Source: Camelus ferus (Eukaryota). From it: 64,000 bases of DNA. This document shows, piece after piece, positions 25,430-39,300 of this stretch. Every line of letters starts with the position of its first letter. Position 1 is the stretch's first letter. The DNA lies in the NCBI RefSeq assembly GCF_009834535.1, contig NC_045697.1, positions 56,732,001-56,796,000 of the forward strand. Reading direction: 5' to 3'. Below the pieces are notes generated by a model. The model had not been told where the DNA came from. It searched no databases and saw only the letters and a list, made by a program, of their open reading frames with translations. Position numbers and translations under genes: made by a program.

Positions 25430-25897
25430 TAAGCATACCTCAGAGATACTGCAGATTCAGTTCCAGACCTCTGTGATAGAGTGAATAATGCATTATTGTG
25501 AATCACACAATTTTTTTGTTCCCTAGTGCATATAAATGTAATGTTTACACTATACTGTAGTCTATTAGGTGTGCAACAGTATTATGTTTGAGAAAGCAGT
25601 GTATATATATTAATTAAAAAACATGTTACTGGTAAAAAATGCTAACATCATCTGCGGTCATCATGTTTTTGCAATAGTAACATCAAAGACCACTGATCAC
25701 AGATCACCATAAAAAATATAATAATAATGATAAGTTTGAAATACTGCAAAAACTACCAAAACATGACACAGAGATACAAAGTGAGAAAATGCTGTTGGAA
25801 AAATTGTGCTGATAGATTTGCTTGACACAGGGTTCCCACATACCTTCAATTTGTAAAAAGCAGTATCTGCAAAGCTCAATAAAGCAAGGTATACCCG
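25430..25897 (+). mobile_element. Tigger1-derived internally deleted element (Tigger1a-like MITE)
   Basis: TIRs taagcatacctc / aaggtatacccg (consensus CAGGCATACCTC) with TA on both sides; Tigger1 body motifs gttccagacc, catcaaagaccactgatcacagatcaccataa. Confidence 0.92.
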
Positions 25898-26262
25898 TAT
25901 ATAGGTGGGAGGCTCTTCTAGAGGTCATCTAGGCCTTTTGGGGAAGTGATATTTAAGAATTTGAGATGAGGAGGAAGGATGAGGTTTAGGCAGGTGGAAA
26001 GAATACTGTGAAAAAAAAGTGTTTTAGGAAGAAGAAACAGCTCTGGAGAGAGTAATCTGAGACACCAGAAGATATACAGGATTACTCAAGGCCCTCCATT
26101 TAGAATGGTGTAGAGGCAGAAATGATTGCAGGGGTCAAATTTTTAAAAATCTAGTTAGCTGCAATAAGGAATTTATATTTTCCCCAAAATGAAATAAAGT
26201 GCTAAATGGTTTGGGTTTGTCAGTAACATGATCTGATTTATGCTTAAAAGTAAATTGCTCTG

Positions 26263-26785
26263 TAAGAGAGAGAGAGAGGGGAAGAGCAAGTGAGCTGTCA
26301 TTTGCAACAACATGGATGGACCCTGTGGGCATTATATTAAGTGAGATAAATCAGACAAAGAAAGGCAGATACTGTATGATATCACTCAGATAAAGAACTA
26401 AAAAAAACTGAACTTTTAAAAACAGAGAGTGAAACAGTAATTGCCAAGGGCTAGAGGGTGGGGGAATTGGAAAGATATTGCTTAAGGGTACAAACTTGCA
26501 ACTAATAGATAAGTTCTAGAGATCTATTGCACAGCATGGTGATTATAGTCAACAATACTGTATCCTAAACTTCAAAGTTGCTATGAGATTAACTCTTAAA
26601 TGTTTTCAACCACAAAAAAATAAGTAGGTGACATGATAAAGGTGTTAGCTAGCCCTACTAAAGTAATTATATTGCAATACATAAATGTGTCAAACTAACA
26701 CATCACATACCTCAAACTTACACAATATTATATGTCAAATATATCTCAGTAAAATATAGACTAAAGGTAAAAATTTTAAACAACT
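26263..26785 (+). mobile_element. 5'-truncated L1MA9/10-like 3' end
   Basis: gtcatttgcaacaacatggatggacc...gggtacaaacttgca...aagttctagagatcta...aaacttacacaatattatatgtcaa; TSD aagtaaattgctctg (26248-26262) / aaataaattgcgctg (26786-26800) at a TT/AAAA site. Confidence 0.9.
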
Positions 26786-27519
26786 AAATAAATTGCGCTG
26801 ACTTCATGGTAAACAATGGACAGTAGGGGAGAGTGTGTGGCAGGAGGAATACTGCCTCCGTGTGAGATGAGCATGGCTTGGAACAGAGGTATTGTGATGG
26901 TCTCAGAACTGGATCAAAGAGACATTATAGGAGATTGAACAGCAAAGTTTGATGAATGGTTAAGTGCTTTAAAACAGGAAGATCTAGGAATAATGTATGA
27001 ATTTTTTTTAGCTTTTTGGTTGGGAAAGTAGGATGGATTTTGTTTCTATGTAATGTGAGGTCCTGGGGGGATAAGACACAGGTTTTGGACTGGGCTAGAG
27101 ATATAGCATGAGTGACAGTGACACCACACTAGTAGGATGTCTAGAATGAGAAAAAAAGATTGCCTAAGTTAGAACTCCTTCATATGATAAAAATTAAGGA
27201 TTGTACAAAGCAAGAGAAAGAAAAAGAAAAAGAGAATGAGGACTTAAATGGAACAAAAATGAGGGAATTCCTTGGTCATGAAAACCATGCATATGTAATG
27301 AGGGGAAAGGTGGAAGATAATGATACTTTACATGGTAAAGCAATTTAAAATGGAAGAGAATTAAGGAAACAGAAATGGGTTTCCAAAGAGAGTTGAAGGG
27401 ACAGCTGACATATTGGAGATTCTAAATGAAATGTGGACTCAATCTATATTTATTTCTCTAAAAATGTTTGGGTGAAGTAGAAAGCCTAATGGACTGGTGT
27501 AAGCAAAGAGATTGAAGAA

Positions 27520-27645
27520 CAGGCATATAGTAAATGAAAAGACTTTCAATATTACAAGCCTGGGTTCAAATTCAAGAATGTCTCCTTACTAGGTGGTTTT
27601 TTGGGCAAGTTACATGACTTCCCTAAGCCTTATTTTCTTACCACA
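27520..27645 (+). mobile_element. MIR fragment
   Basis: gcctgggttcaaattc...cttactagg...ttgggcaagttacatgacttccctaagcct. Confidence 0.75.
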
Positions 27646-30600
27646 TCACATTCAATTCCATGAGCATTACATTACATCCTGATTCAAAGTGATTAGAATT
27701 CAGTAACTGTTTGCTGTTTTTATGTGCTCTAAATATGTCTGGGGTACATGTTATTTAAACCGTGCATGGTCTCATATTTCTTGAACACAATTCAGCAAAA
27801 CAAATTTTAAAAGAGTTTCAATACTTTCATCTACCTTATAAATTGTCCTATAAACCCCACAGCAACACATTTTAAACGTATTTTTAATACTTTATTTTCT
27901 TATCAGTATTCTTTCACCTTCAGTCTGCTTTGGAACATCTCATATTTTGTGCTGAAACACCCAGATTATCTCTGACAGTCCCGACTAGGACAGCAGTTTC
28001 TCTATGACGTCTATGTATTAACTGCCTCACTATAATAACGGTTTATTTCTTGCTTACTCTATAGCTTTGCTCCATGGTGCTCAGGCTGAGGAGAGTCCTA
28101 AATTAGAAGCACATTGTTCTTTTGGCAAAATTAAAGAGCAAGTGCACTGCTGGAAATACACAAGCCTGGCTAAACCTTCTGTTTAGAACTTGTACCAAAA
28201 ACTTGGCCAAAAACAAGGCACGTGGCAAAATCTGCCAGTGGGGTGAGAAGAATGCTCTTCCCAAAACATTATAAATCACAAGGCAATGGTAGGCGCACAT
28301 AATCTTCTTCAGGGAAGTAAATAATTGAGAACAGTTACATGCCGTAATACTGGGTTTTCTCCGTAAATAGAATTAAAATGCTGATTTATAATTCATTTCA
28401 GTGTGTCAGAGTGGAGTTATTACTGGAAATGAGAGTGGACTTGAAATTGGAAGATCTGAATTTGAGCATCACTTCTTCATGTCATGTAATGTAAGGACTA
28501 AAAGATCTTTTGTCCTTTCTTGGTCTAAAATCCTTACGCCCTTAGTGTCAAGCCCATACTTAATTTGTACGATGCTTTGTGTCTTTGATTAACTTCCTCT
28601 GCAAAGTTCTTGCATTTTCTGAGAAATTTTGGCTATGGATTTTCACTTTAATGAGCCCGTTATAGTTTCTTATCTACTTACAATGGATGAGTATTTTCAG
28701 TTCCAGTTAAGAATCATTTTCTATTTTCCAAAAGTAAGAAAAAAAAGACCATTAAGTTTCTGCTGTTCTATATTTGAAACACTGTAATATTAGTTTGCTG
28801 TAAGCTTTATGCAAGTTTATATTCAGCCTTTAGCAATCAAACTTCACTGTTTCACCAAATGATAGTGATAGAGTTTGACTCTGAACCACATTGAATTAGA
28901 CTCATGAAAACATCTATCATTAAAACAGAACAAACTTACTTTAAATATTAATGTAGTAACATTTAATATCTTCTAGGAATCACTGAACTTTTAAGTCATG
29001 AAAACTTTATACTATAAATTTGTAGTAATAAAATCTTCTCAGGAGGAAAAAATATTGCCATATGTCAATATATGCGAAAAAAAGAAGACCTTCTGAGAAG
29101 AAAAAGTTAAATTCAGTATTAACTGAAGTCAAAACTATCTTAAAGAAATTTGAATGACATTGAATCTGATTTCTCTTTTTTCACCTTGCTATGTAGAATA
29201 ACATAAGGGTTTGAAAAATCATTCAGACTCAAGTAGAGTGACAGAGACTAAGGTAAATGTATCTATCATTTAAAATTTATCAACATGTATATTATGCAGT
29301 GATTTTAGGGGAAAAAATTGAAGAAGTGCTTGTTTCTATTGCATAATGGATATTAATATTAATGGGAAAATAAGCACACCTGCATGTGGAAGGAACAGAG
29401 TAGAGAAATTTTTCTCTTGGGACTTTATGTTTGTGCAATAATTATATGAATTTATAACCCTGAATTCACATGTACAAAAGGGGACATAGGAACACCATTA
29501 CTTTGGCAGAATGTACCATTAAGCAATGTGCCAAGCCTAATGGAAAACCTATTTAAGGTAATCAGCAGACATATGTGACTAAAAGGTGTTTTTCCTGGTC
29601 CAGTGTCAGTTCCGTGCTTTCACGATCTATCACAATGCTATGTATGGATTAGAGCACTAATCACACCTTAAATTGAAGATAGATTTTAAAAAAATCAGGG
29701 TTTCATATTTGTAGAGTTACTTACCTACAGAGTCTTTAAATTCATTGCTCATACTTGAAAAATTATTTTGACAGACATTGTTTTTGATTTCATATCATTA
29801 AAAATACTAAGGCTGTTTACTGGCATTAAAAAGCCATGAACCTAATTTTTGAGGTGACAACCAGGATTACTGTATTTTAACATTGCCCTATATTAGCTGA
29901 ACTAACTTTCACTCATAGATTTTGTTAAAAAGTTGAAACATGATTTTCATGGTATTTTTTGGATGTTTTATACAAATCCATTTTTTTCTTTATTCTTTAT
30001 TTCCAGTTGTTCAGGCTTCCTTTTACATCACCGCGCAATGGGAAACTGTCCCACTGATTGGCAAAGAATGCACACTGATGAATACCGCTATGCCATACAT
30101 TATGCAAAAGCCAAGCTGCCTGAAATATCCCTGTAATGTGTTATTGTTCTCTTTGACAAAGAAGTAAAACTAATGATGAATGCTGGTTGATTTTCACAAT
30201 ATTTAGCAAGATCTTGGACTTCTTTTTTTCTACTGTTTCTGATTTTAGATTTTCTTTGACACCAGATAAGCTGGACTTTCCATTTTACCCTATTATATAG
30301 AATAACCAAATAAATAGTTTTAATTTGTATTTGGTTATATTTTACACACTACTGTTCATATGGTAGCTAATAATATGCAATCTTTTGGACTTTGTAGTCC
30401 TTTAAGATCTACACTTGTGCCTTCTGTCTTATGTATTGTATAAATCTTTAAAATATATATGAGCTTATTTCTAAAATTTCATGTATGTGATTATTTGATA
30501 TTTATGTGACATTGAAGCAGGTAGCTCTTATTAATGCCAAAATAGTTTTTTTTTTTAATGTCTGCATTTCTTTAATATTCCATGAAAATCAATTCCATGA

Positions 30601-32249
30601 AATATCCCTTGCCATCCTCAAATACTTTTGGAAAAGTCTAGTTAAGTTAAACTTTTTTTTTGTTGAAAGACTTCATATTTGTTTTTATTGTTCACAGAAT
30701 GCTGCTTGGAACCCTGCTGGACTGTTGTTTTATAAAACACACTCAAAGAAGTGTTCCTTTATTCTCTTCTTGTTAGTGATAATGCATGTACTTCTTGATT
30801 CCTTTTATAAATGAATATCATTACTATAATTCAAGTTTCAACAGAGATCTCTCAGTGCCTAGTGATGGCAAAAAGGAAAGAAATACACTATAAAATTAAT
30901 ACTAGTCTAAACATTTTCCTATTTAATTTTTATCTCTGTAGTTTTAATATGCTGATTTGTTAGTTAACACATTTCATACATTAGCCAGGTATAGTTAGAC
31001 CTATTTTTTTCTATATAAAAATTTGATTTCGGTACTAGGGATGTCAAAGAAATCCTAAATATTATTAACAATATTTGAAAGTCATAATGTTTAAAGAGTG
31101 CATTCTTTAGTATTTTAACTGCCAGGACCTAAATATAGAATGATACAAATTTATATTTAAGGTTTAACATGAATATCATGATCCTAAAAATGAATGGAAG
31201 CAAAAAGGTCAAAATTAAGAAAAATAGAAGATATCAGTTAAACTTTTCACAACCTAGATCCTCATTTGTTTAAGACTGGAATAAATGTACAGGTAATTTG
31301 GTTGAAATAACACCAAAAACAGAGGTGTCATGGCAAATATTCTAAATGCTTTCCAAGACTTAAAAGAAAGGATAAATATTTATATTGACCTCACTAAGTG
31401 AAAAAAAAAATCTAGGTAAAGGGATCAAGTTCTTTATGAATCCAAACTGCACTTCTATTTATGCTTTGTTCTCTTGGCAGTTTCTTAAGATAAGACAATA
31501 ATAGAAAGATCATTTGTCTTTGAGTAAATTGGAGCTAATGCAGATATTTAGGATCAATCTGTACATCTTTTTTGTTTTGATGCTTCCCATATTTATAACT
31601 GATACACTGATTACTTAGCCCTAGATTTGAGGTAGTTGTATTTTTCCATAAACAACCATAAACTGACACTAAAAGTAGCTCCCCATAAAACTTAATAAGT
31701 GATTTTTTTACTTTTCTTTTACTTTTTTAGATTTCCTACACATTGAGAGAAAAATTAATTATAATTCTATAAAATAGTTGTCAGGTTTGCTTCTGGGATG
31801 TGATAGGAAGCGAGGACAAGTCAAATGAAGCAAACTTACTACTAAATTTATCCTAATCATTGCATATTAAATTTTTAATTTTCACATACAACAAAACATA
31901 GAGCTGTAGTCCACTTCTTTCTAGTAGGGTTCATTATTTTTTGTGTCAGATATATAATGTGTTTATATGATAAACTTAGAGTAGGCTGTCTCAAAGTATT
32001 TAGGAACTTACTTAACATTTTTCTTTTACTTTGATGCTATGAATAACTTACTGAACCAATCTGGCTGATTGGAACTTCATGCATGGTTCATCTTGGAAAA
32101 TTCAGCAGCTCTCATAATCATTCACTTTTTTCTTTATGTGCAGGAGTGACAGAGAGGTATAGCAGGGTGCTTAATGTAAAATGTTTCAAACCAAACTACA
32201 GCTGATGAACTAAAGAATAGGATTCCTTAAGAAGGTGAAAGTGAAGGAA

Positions 32250-32470
32250 ACTGATGTTTCTTGAGCACTTCCAGGACTGTCATGTGAGAACTATGTGCTG
32301 GATACCTTCAGGTATATTGTGTCATACACTAATTTGTTGGGCTCAATCAATTACTGAACCTCACCTTTTGAAAGTAAAAAAGCTAAAGCTCAGAGAAATC
32401 AGGTAATTTTCCAAGGCTAGTTATTAAGGATAAGAATTCAAATCTAGGCCTTCCCGATCTTCTGCTCATT
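32250..32470 (-). mobile_element. MIR fragment
   Basis: ttgagcactt...actatgtgctgg...aaagctaaagctcagagaaatcaggtaattttccaagg...gaattcaaatctagg. Confidence 0.65.
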
Positions 32471-32994
32471 CTAATACAGCAAATGTCTTCACTTATTTCC
32501 CTGTCACTTTGAGATACTCACTGTTATTACAGAGCACTTCTGCAGTCCCCGAGGCTTATTCTGACAGTGCTATCATTTTAAACTGCCTAGCTTGGATGTG
32601 TTTTAAATCTCAAACTTTTTATTAGCTTCAGAAGATTTCTGGCATTTATTTTATATCAAATTCTTAGTAGAAAATGGATCCATCTCTTGCCTAATGGAGA
32701 ATTACAGAAATTCTCTGACCAGACAGGCTACATGAAGACAAAGAACAAGATTACGGATGCACCAAAAATGCCACGATGTTCAGAGACTACACTCCACCTG
32801 AGTTTAAGACACTAGGCTGGCTGTTCTTCAGAGAACAATGGTACTTACTCTTGAGAAACAATCTGCATGCCAACTACAGCTGGAGGAAACACTAGCTGCA
32901 TTTCAAGCATCAATTCCATAATTTGGAATTGCATAGCATTTTCAGAAAGAAAAAGCCAATTTCCCATAACTTAAAATAAAAAGCTAAGCCTACA

Positions 32995-33490
32995 TAGGGG
33001 AAGAAAAAATTGTTCTCCTCTAACCTTTCTTGGTTCTCCTTTTGGGGACCTGCAGATTATACTGACAAAAGACAGATTAACAATAGGAGAACAGAGTTTA
33101 TTAACACGTACAGAGCACACTTATGCAGGGAAAACTCATTGAGGAGTGACTCAGAGAGATGCTTGGAATTTAGATATATGTAGCATGTTAACAAAGAACA
33201 ATGCAATTTGTGGAGAGGTGAAGAGGCAAAGAAAGAGAAGATTAGGCTTTCGGGGTGGCAAACTGGGAGAGTAGACACATAGGGAAGATAAGAGTGGCTT
33301 TAGTAAGGTTTGTTATGTACATTCCTCTCCATGACATCTCCCAGTGGCTGTCTCCTGCTCTTAGGTAAATAGTGGGCGAGGCAGAGAGCTTTTTTTTTTT
33401 GGTGTCTGCTGTTTCTCAATTGTCTTCAGTTCAAAATAATCCTTATGCCAAAGTGGCATCTTTTGGGGAGGCACATTCTCATCTTCTATA
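32995..33490 (-). mobile_element. MER34-like ERV1 solo LTR
   Basis: actgacaaaagacagattaaca near one end and caaaataatccttatgccaaagtggcatcttttggggaggcacattct at the other (recalled MER34-group termini); flanking direct repeat ctaca (32990-32994 / 33491-33495). Confidence 0.85.
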
Positions 33491-34696
33491 CTACATCTTT
33501 AAATAGGCCATAAGGCTTTGTTAATTGTTTGGCTATTCACATAATTGGTCCACAAAACAAAAGAAAATACAGATTATTAATGAGTCAGTAACTTAACTTT
33601 TTTGTTTGAGTTGCTAATTGTTTTTAGGGGGAAATTCTGTGGCATATATGATATACATGGCAACCAGTTCATATTTGCAAATATCTTTCTTCTCAGTAGA
33701 AGACATATTTTATTATCATTTACTGCAGTATACTGTCAGTTGGGAAAATAAATAAGAAAAATGTTAATATTTTAGCAATAAAGGCACATAATCATCAGTA
33801 TATAATGATGGCAACAGCATGCAAAATTAATCATTGTGGCTATTTTTATTTAACCACATGCCAGCAGACAACCAGCACAAATATGGATCTGCGAATTTGT
33901 TGTTAGGAATACATTAATCAGTACCTGTGGAGTGCTTAGGGTAGCACCTGACATATAGACAGTACTCAATAAAAATGAGCTATCATTTTATTATAAAAAA
34001 TACAAAAAAGTTTTATTAATATAAAACTTTGCTCAGACCTCCAGATGTGCACTGTATGTGTGCAAGTGACACACGTGCAACAGCTGTGAAATCTACTTAC
34101 AGTGAAGCAGTGTCTGGCTCATTTAGGAATTCACTTCAAGCACTGACCAACTGAAACGTGTAGCTCACATCTAATAAATTCTGTATGTTTTAGTACAAGG
34201 TTGTTCACAGCCTCTATCCTTCATGCACTCTGCTGTGTTGCCCTGAATGACTCAACGGTATTCCCTGATGTTCCTGAACCTGCTCTCCACTTTACCCCCT
34301 GTTCTAGCCATACTCTCCATGGGAAATATCTTTTCAGACATTTATTTTGAAAAGGTTAAATGTATCGATATCTAGCTAAAAATGTATTAAAGCCAGACCT
34401 TAAAACAGAGGTTACTTATCAACATTTGTGGTCTACATTGATGACTAAGCTCCCTTGAGAACAGGGAATGTAGCAGGAGTAATAACACCATTGTCATTTA
34501 CATAAGGTTATTTAACAATACTTAATGAATCTATTACTCTCTATTATTAGTTTTATAACAGTTTATCCTTAGCAAATTCCTGTGAGAACTATATGGTATA
34601 CAGTACTCATTTTATAAGAGAAAGACACACAGGTAAATTAAACTATTAGAATTATGAGATTTTAGAAGTGAAAGAGAACTGATTAATCATCTAGGT

Positions 34697-34889
34697 TAGA
34701 TTAAAAATTCTGGATACTCTTTAGAATCAGGAAGAATTTTTTTTTTTTTTTAAATCACTGATGATGGTGACTGGGCCCTATACCAGTAGTTCTGATTTAC
34801 TTGATTTCATGTATGTTCATGGCTTTGTTTGTTTTTAACTTTAAGAATCCTGAGAAATAATAATTATATGCAGGTTTGAGAATCACTGA
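34697..34889. mobile_element. MER5-like hAT-Charlie MITE inserted in a MIR3-like fragment (~34650-35030)
   Basis: ttagaatca...ctgggccctataccagtagttctgatttactt...caggtttgagaatcactg; flanks atctaggt / atctattt resemble a hAT 8-bp TSD. Confidence 0.6.
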
Positions 34890-35056
34890 TCTATTTTAAA
34901 ACGTTCACTCTAAAGGCAAGGGAATCAAAGCACAAACAGTGCTTTTCTATGGCTTCATAACTATGTCTCATTTAGAGGTAGAACTAAGCCTGGGAACCAG
35001 GGCTCCTGACTCTCCAGGGTTCTTTCCACTCATCAGCAAGTGGCCTTGATCCTCAC

Positions 35057-35325
35057 AGCGAACACTTAACATAGTGTTAATCTATTTCAGGCAATTTTCT
35101 ATGTGCTTTAGAAGTATTAATTCATTTAATCCTCACAATAACCTATGAAATAGGTATATATAATTTTATTATTTCTCCTTTTACAGATGCGGATGATGAG
35201 GACAAGTAATTAAAGAGTAATTAGAGCAATTAAACTTCCCAAGATTACTTGGCTAGTACCTGGCAGAACTGTGATTTAAATCTAAACCATCTGGCTCCAG
35301 AGTATTTTTCTCTTAACCATTATTC
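35057..35325 (-). mobile_element. Near full-length MIR
   Basis: tattaattcatttaatcctcacaataacctatgaaataggt...ttttacagatg...aacttcccaagatta...ggcagaactgtgatttaaatcta...tctggctccagag...tcttaaccattat. Confidence 0.88.
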
Positions 35326-36343
35326 TTCAGTGTCTCCATCATTTTTTATAGCATGTTCCAATCAGATTTATGATTTATGAATGCCACATAATAAAGCATA
35401 CAAAATGCTACTTAGTATGTCAGAAATAGATAATTTAACCAAAAATTATGACCATTATTTAGTATATTCCATGAAAACTGTTCACTAGATTTTTTTAAAA
35501 ACAGATGACTAAACACAGCTATAACATAGATGTTAATCTTTACTAAAATATTTTTATATTCACATTCACTGATTTAAAATATATTAGTATTCATACATTT
35601 ATCATTTATTTTGATTCTATTCTATCTGATATTCATTCTATCTATTCTCTCTGATTTCTGCCTTGCTCATCTCTATACATCTTCTGGTCAGGGAAATTGT
35701 AAGCTCAGACAGTTGACATTAAAAATTACTCTTAAGAATGTGATTTTACAGAATAAATGATTAAAAATTCTTCCTATGTTTACTGAATTATCAGTAAAAT
35801 TGCTTAAATCAACAACAACTTTGTTTAATCCATAGTGGTATAATTCATTGTTAATGTCAATCAAAAGGGATTAGCTGAATGACAGAGCTAGTGAAGAAAT
35901 GGGATATCAAGAGCCAAAAGTCACTCTAGGAAGATGACTTCCTAAAATATCCTGCCAAAGGAAACTGAAATATTATTTATGAATGTTTTCAAATTTCATA
36001 TGTGACAAATGAGGATGTGAATATTAGATAATCTCATTAACTTGATAAGAACTTTTGCAACAGATTTCTTTGCTATGTTAAAAGGGTCTGATTTCAGAGT
36101 ATCTTTTAACGTACGGGTTTGTGTATACTATTGTGTGGTAACAGAAGACTGTAGAAAGGTTTTGATATGTAATTAAAAGTTGAGAAAATAGATATTTTAT
36201 AATGGGTAAATATACAGTTAATATTTTAATTCATAAACTGGAGACATTCTTAATTGCTACTGAGAGATTTTTAACTTAAGAATATTAATGGCAATGACAA
36301 TTTTTAAACTCTTCCTTGTATATCCTAGAATTCTATATCTGCG

Positions 36344-36373
36344 TAGATAGACAGATAATAGATAGATAGATAG
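36344..36373. repeat. Imperfect (GATA)n microsatellite
   Basis: tagatagacagataatagatagatagatag. Confidence 0.8.
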
Positions 36374-39300
36374 GTATTTCCTGGAAATAGAGCATTATCT
36401 TTGAATAAAAGCTATTTATTATATATACGGAAAAGTTAATAATATAATTTTGCAATTTTGGTTCTATTTGTTAGTGATGTTTAATAGCAAGGTTTTTAAG
36501 ATTTTAATGACTCTTTTTGGGGACTTAACCTACTGTCCTCTTACCTGGGTCATGGTAATTATCCCCTGGGAAAACAAAGTGAAAAAAATGCTGACCAAAT
36601 GCCAGTTCTAATTGTTGGGGTGTGCAGCTACCATGTAATTTTTCTAATTTATCATGAAGATGCAAATGGTCTTCAGAATTGATTTTATTTTTTATTAAAC
36701 CCTTTATGCAAATTGTTATGCAAATTGTACCCTTGAGTTCAAGACAATTTGCCAATACACTACCACCAAAACAAGCGAAGGAAGTATAGCATTTCGAAGC
36801 CAATCTATGGAGGCATTATGAATATGGTCATTGGTAATTATCTGGTAAATCTGTCTTCTGCATTGAGCCAATCAGAAATTTAAAGACCAAAAATTTCCAT
36901 AAAATAGAGAGTAAGATTATTGTGCAGGTAACCTCAGTTGAGTAAAAATACAATTATTTTTGGAAATGTATTTTTAGTCTTTCTTTTCTAAATTTGACTT
37001 GGTTGATGATTTTACCGATTAAGCATACCTAGATAATTGCTCTATATTAATTTGAAGAATATATATTATATATATAAACATATGTCATTAATTTTATAGG
37101 AATCAGTTTACCATTTTAATTTTAGCAGCTGAAAATAATTTAAAATTGTGAACAAACAAGTTCATAGTAATTTCCCTAAATCTTTTTAATTTTTAAGTGT
37201 GATAATCTGGTGCAATAAGTGTACAATTGAAATTAAGGAAAATAGAAAGAATTGTGACAATCACCTGAAATAATTTATGTTAAAGTACTCTGTAAATTCA
37301 AAGCAATTAAACTCTTAGTTTTGAATAAATTATCTTATTTCCAAGCCTCACAGAGCTGCCTTGTTCTGGTATATCTATAAAAAAGAAGGAAACTTCAAAA
37401 TACAAATTTCACTTTTTACAGATTTCTTTAACTTGTGTATTTCTTAATCTGAACTGATATTCTCTGTTATCTCCTGAGTTGTTAGAAGATCCCATATCAA
37501 GTCAGTTGTTCAATATTCTTAACAATACCCTCAATATCTGTTACATCATGGGAGTATTCTAAAGTCCTACACTACACATTCAATTAAGTTGAATTCACTT
37601 ATCTTTAATAGTAACTATGCAAGACATGTTTAGTGTCACAAATTTAATTAAAGTAGAAAGGTTTTGCAATTTCAAAATATTTGAGACTTAGCAGTCTTTA
37701 TTGTAATCCTACATTAAAAATACTGTTTAAAAAATGTTTCATATGTATACTCCAAACTTAGGCTGTAAGTAAGTTCTCACAAAATTGCTGTTCTTAAAGA
37801 AATAAACAGTGCATAATCCAAGTTTAAAATAATATTTCTCTTCCTCAAGGTTTTTGTCCACTAACATATACTTTACTTCAACATAATTTCAAAACATACA
37901 TTTAGCAGATTTCAAAACATTCCATATAAACACTTAAGATGTCATTTTTGACTTTATGCTTCCAGCTCGTTCCCAAACAGCTTGTACCCCTAGTTCATAT
38001 AACATAATCAAGTTCATATAATCAAATCTACTGATGCTCAATAAAGTTTTAATAAATCTATAAATACAGTTTGTGAACAAAACTGGAAATGAATTATTTT
38101 GATTTAAGGTAGTGATTGGATTCTCATGTATGAAAATTTAAAAAGATCTATCTAAATGAAATATACACAGGCTGTTGTAATTCTACACTCCTGTCCAACT
38201 ATACTTAAAATATAAATTTGACATTATAAAGTGATGGAAAAACAGGTGAAAATTTAATTCTAGATAGTCACAGAATTCTCTCATTGAATTTCTGAGACTC
38301 TCAGTGTTCCATCTTCTTTTTTAAAAACACAGTCTAAACAAACTTGGACAAGAACATAGGAAATGATTTCCTGTCATTAGTACATAGTAATTTAAGTAAA
38401 TAAATTAAGTAATTTGATTAAATTAAGCAGGTTGAAAATCTATTTATTATGCTCCTTCTATAAATACTATCATTTTGTCACTTTTTGTCAAACTTGGAAA
38501 TGTATATTTAGGTTGTTTCTGTCACTATGAGCATGCTCATGTTATTTTGGGGGCTTGATTTCTTGGTTATTCTGAGCATTTCTGGTTTCAGTAAAATAGT
38601 TAGATTGGAAATCAGACTATGCTCTGCCAAAGAAAAATTCAAACTGAAGAAGTGTAGTCAAGTTTTAAGGCTATTTTCAATCCTTAGCTTGCCATTAGAG
38701 ATTTTGCAAATATACTATGTCTGTCACCAAGCTCTTCATCTTTCTCCTTTTCTGTATTCCCTGTCAAACCAAAAAATCTGTTTTCACCCAAACAGAAAAA
38801 CTGGAGTTTATTCTACACTCTACTCTCTCTCTGTCTTTTCACACATGGTCAATTGAAAAGTTAGTTCCTCTTAAATATATCTTAACTTCAACACCCTTTC
38901 TCCATTTACACTAAGAAATAATCATTTTCTGAAGCAAGCATTGTGCAGCCTCCCTCCCAAGGTTACTTTATATCCTCACAAATGTCCTCCAACTTTTAGC
39001 ATCCTGACTACCCTAGTGACACCCTCATTCCCTTTCCAATCCATTGGTCATATACACTAACACATACAATGATACAATACCACACATACACAAAAGGACA
39101 CACTATACACATATAGTTCAATTCTTTGAATGTTCCAGGATCTCTCGTGCCTCTTTCCTAACTCCTTTGGCAAATTCAGAAAGATCTGGAACTTTTATCA
39201 AGTACTACATTCTTATGGAGGCTTTCGTAATCATTTTAGGCAAAATTATGAGCCCATCTCTTATTTGGAGGCAGCAGAGAAAGATGCTCACATAGATGAC

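Larger units (their letters stand above)
25235..27500 (-). mobile_element. Fragmented L2, antisense, hosting Tigger1 MITE and L1 insertions
   Basis: L2 tail (tatttatttcagtatttattga) at ~25240; purine-rich L2 body motifs (catgatctgatttatgcttaaaa; gtgagatgagcatggcttggaacagaggt) on both sides of the insertions. Confidence 0.6.
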
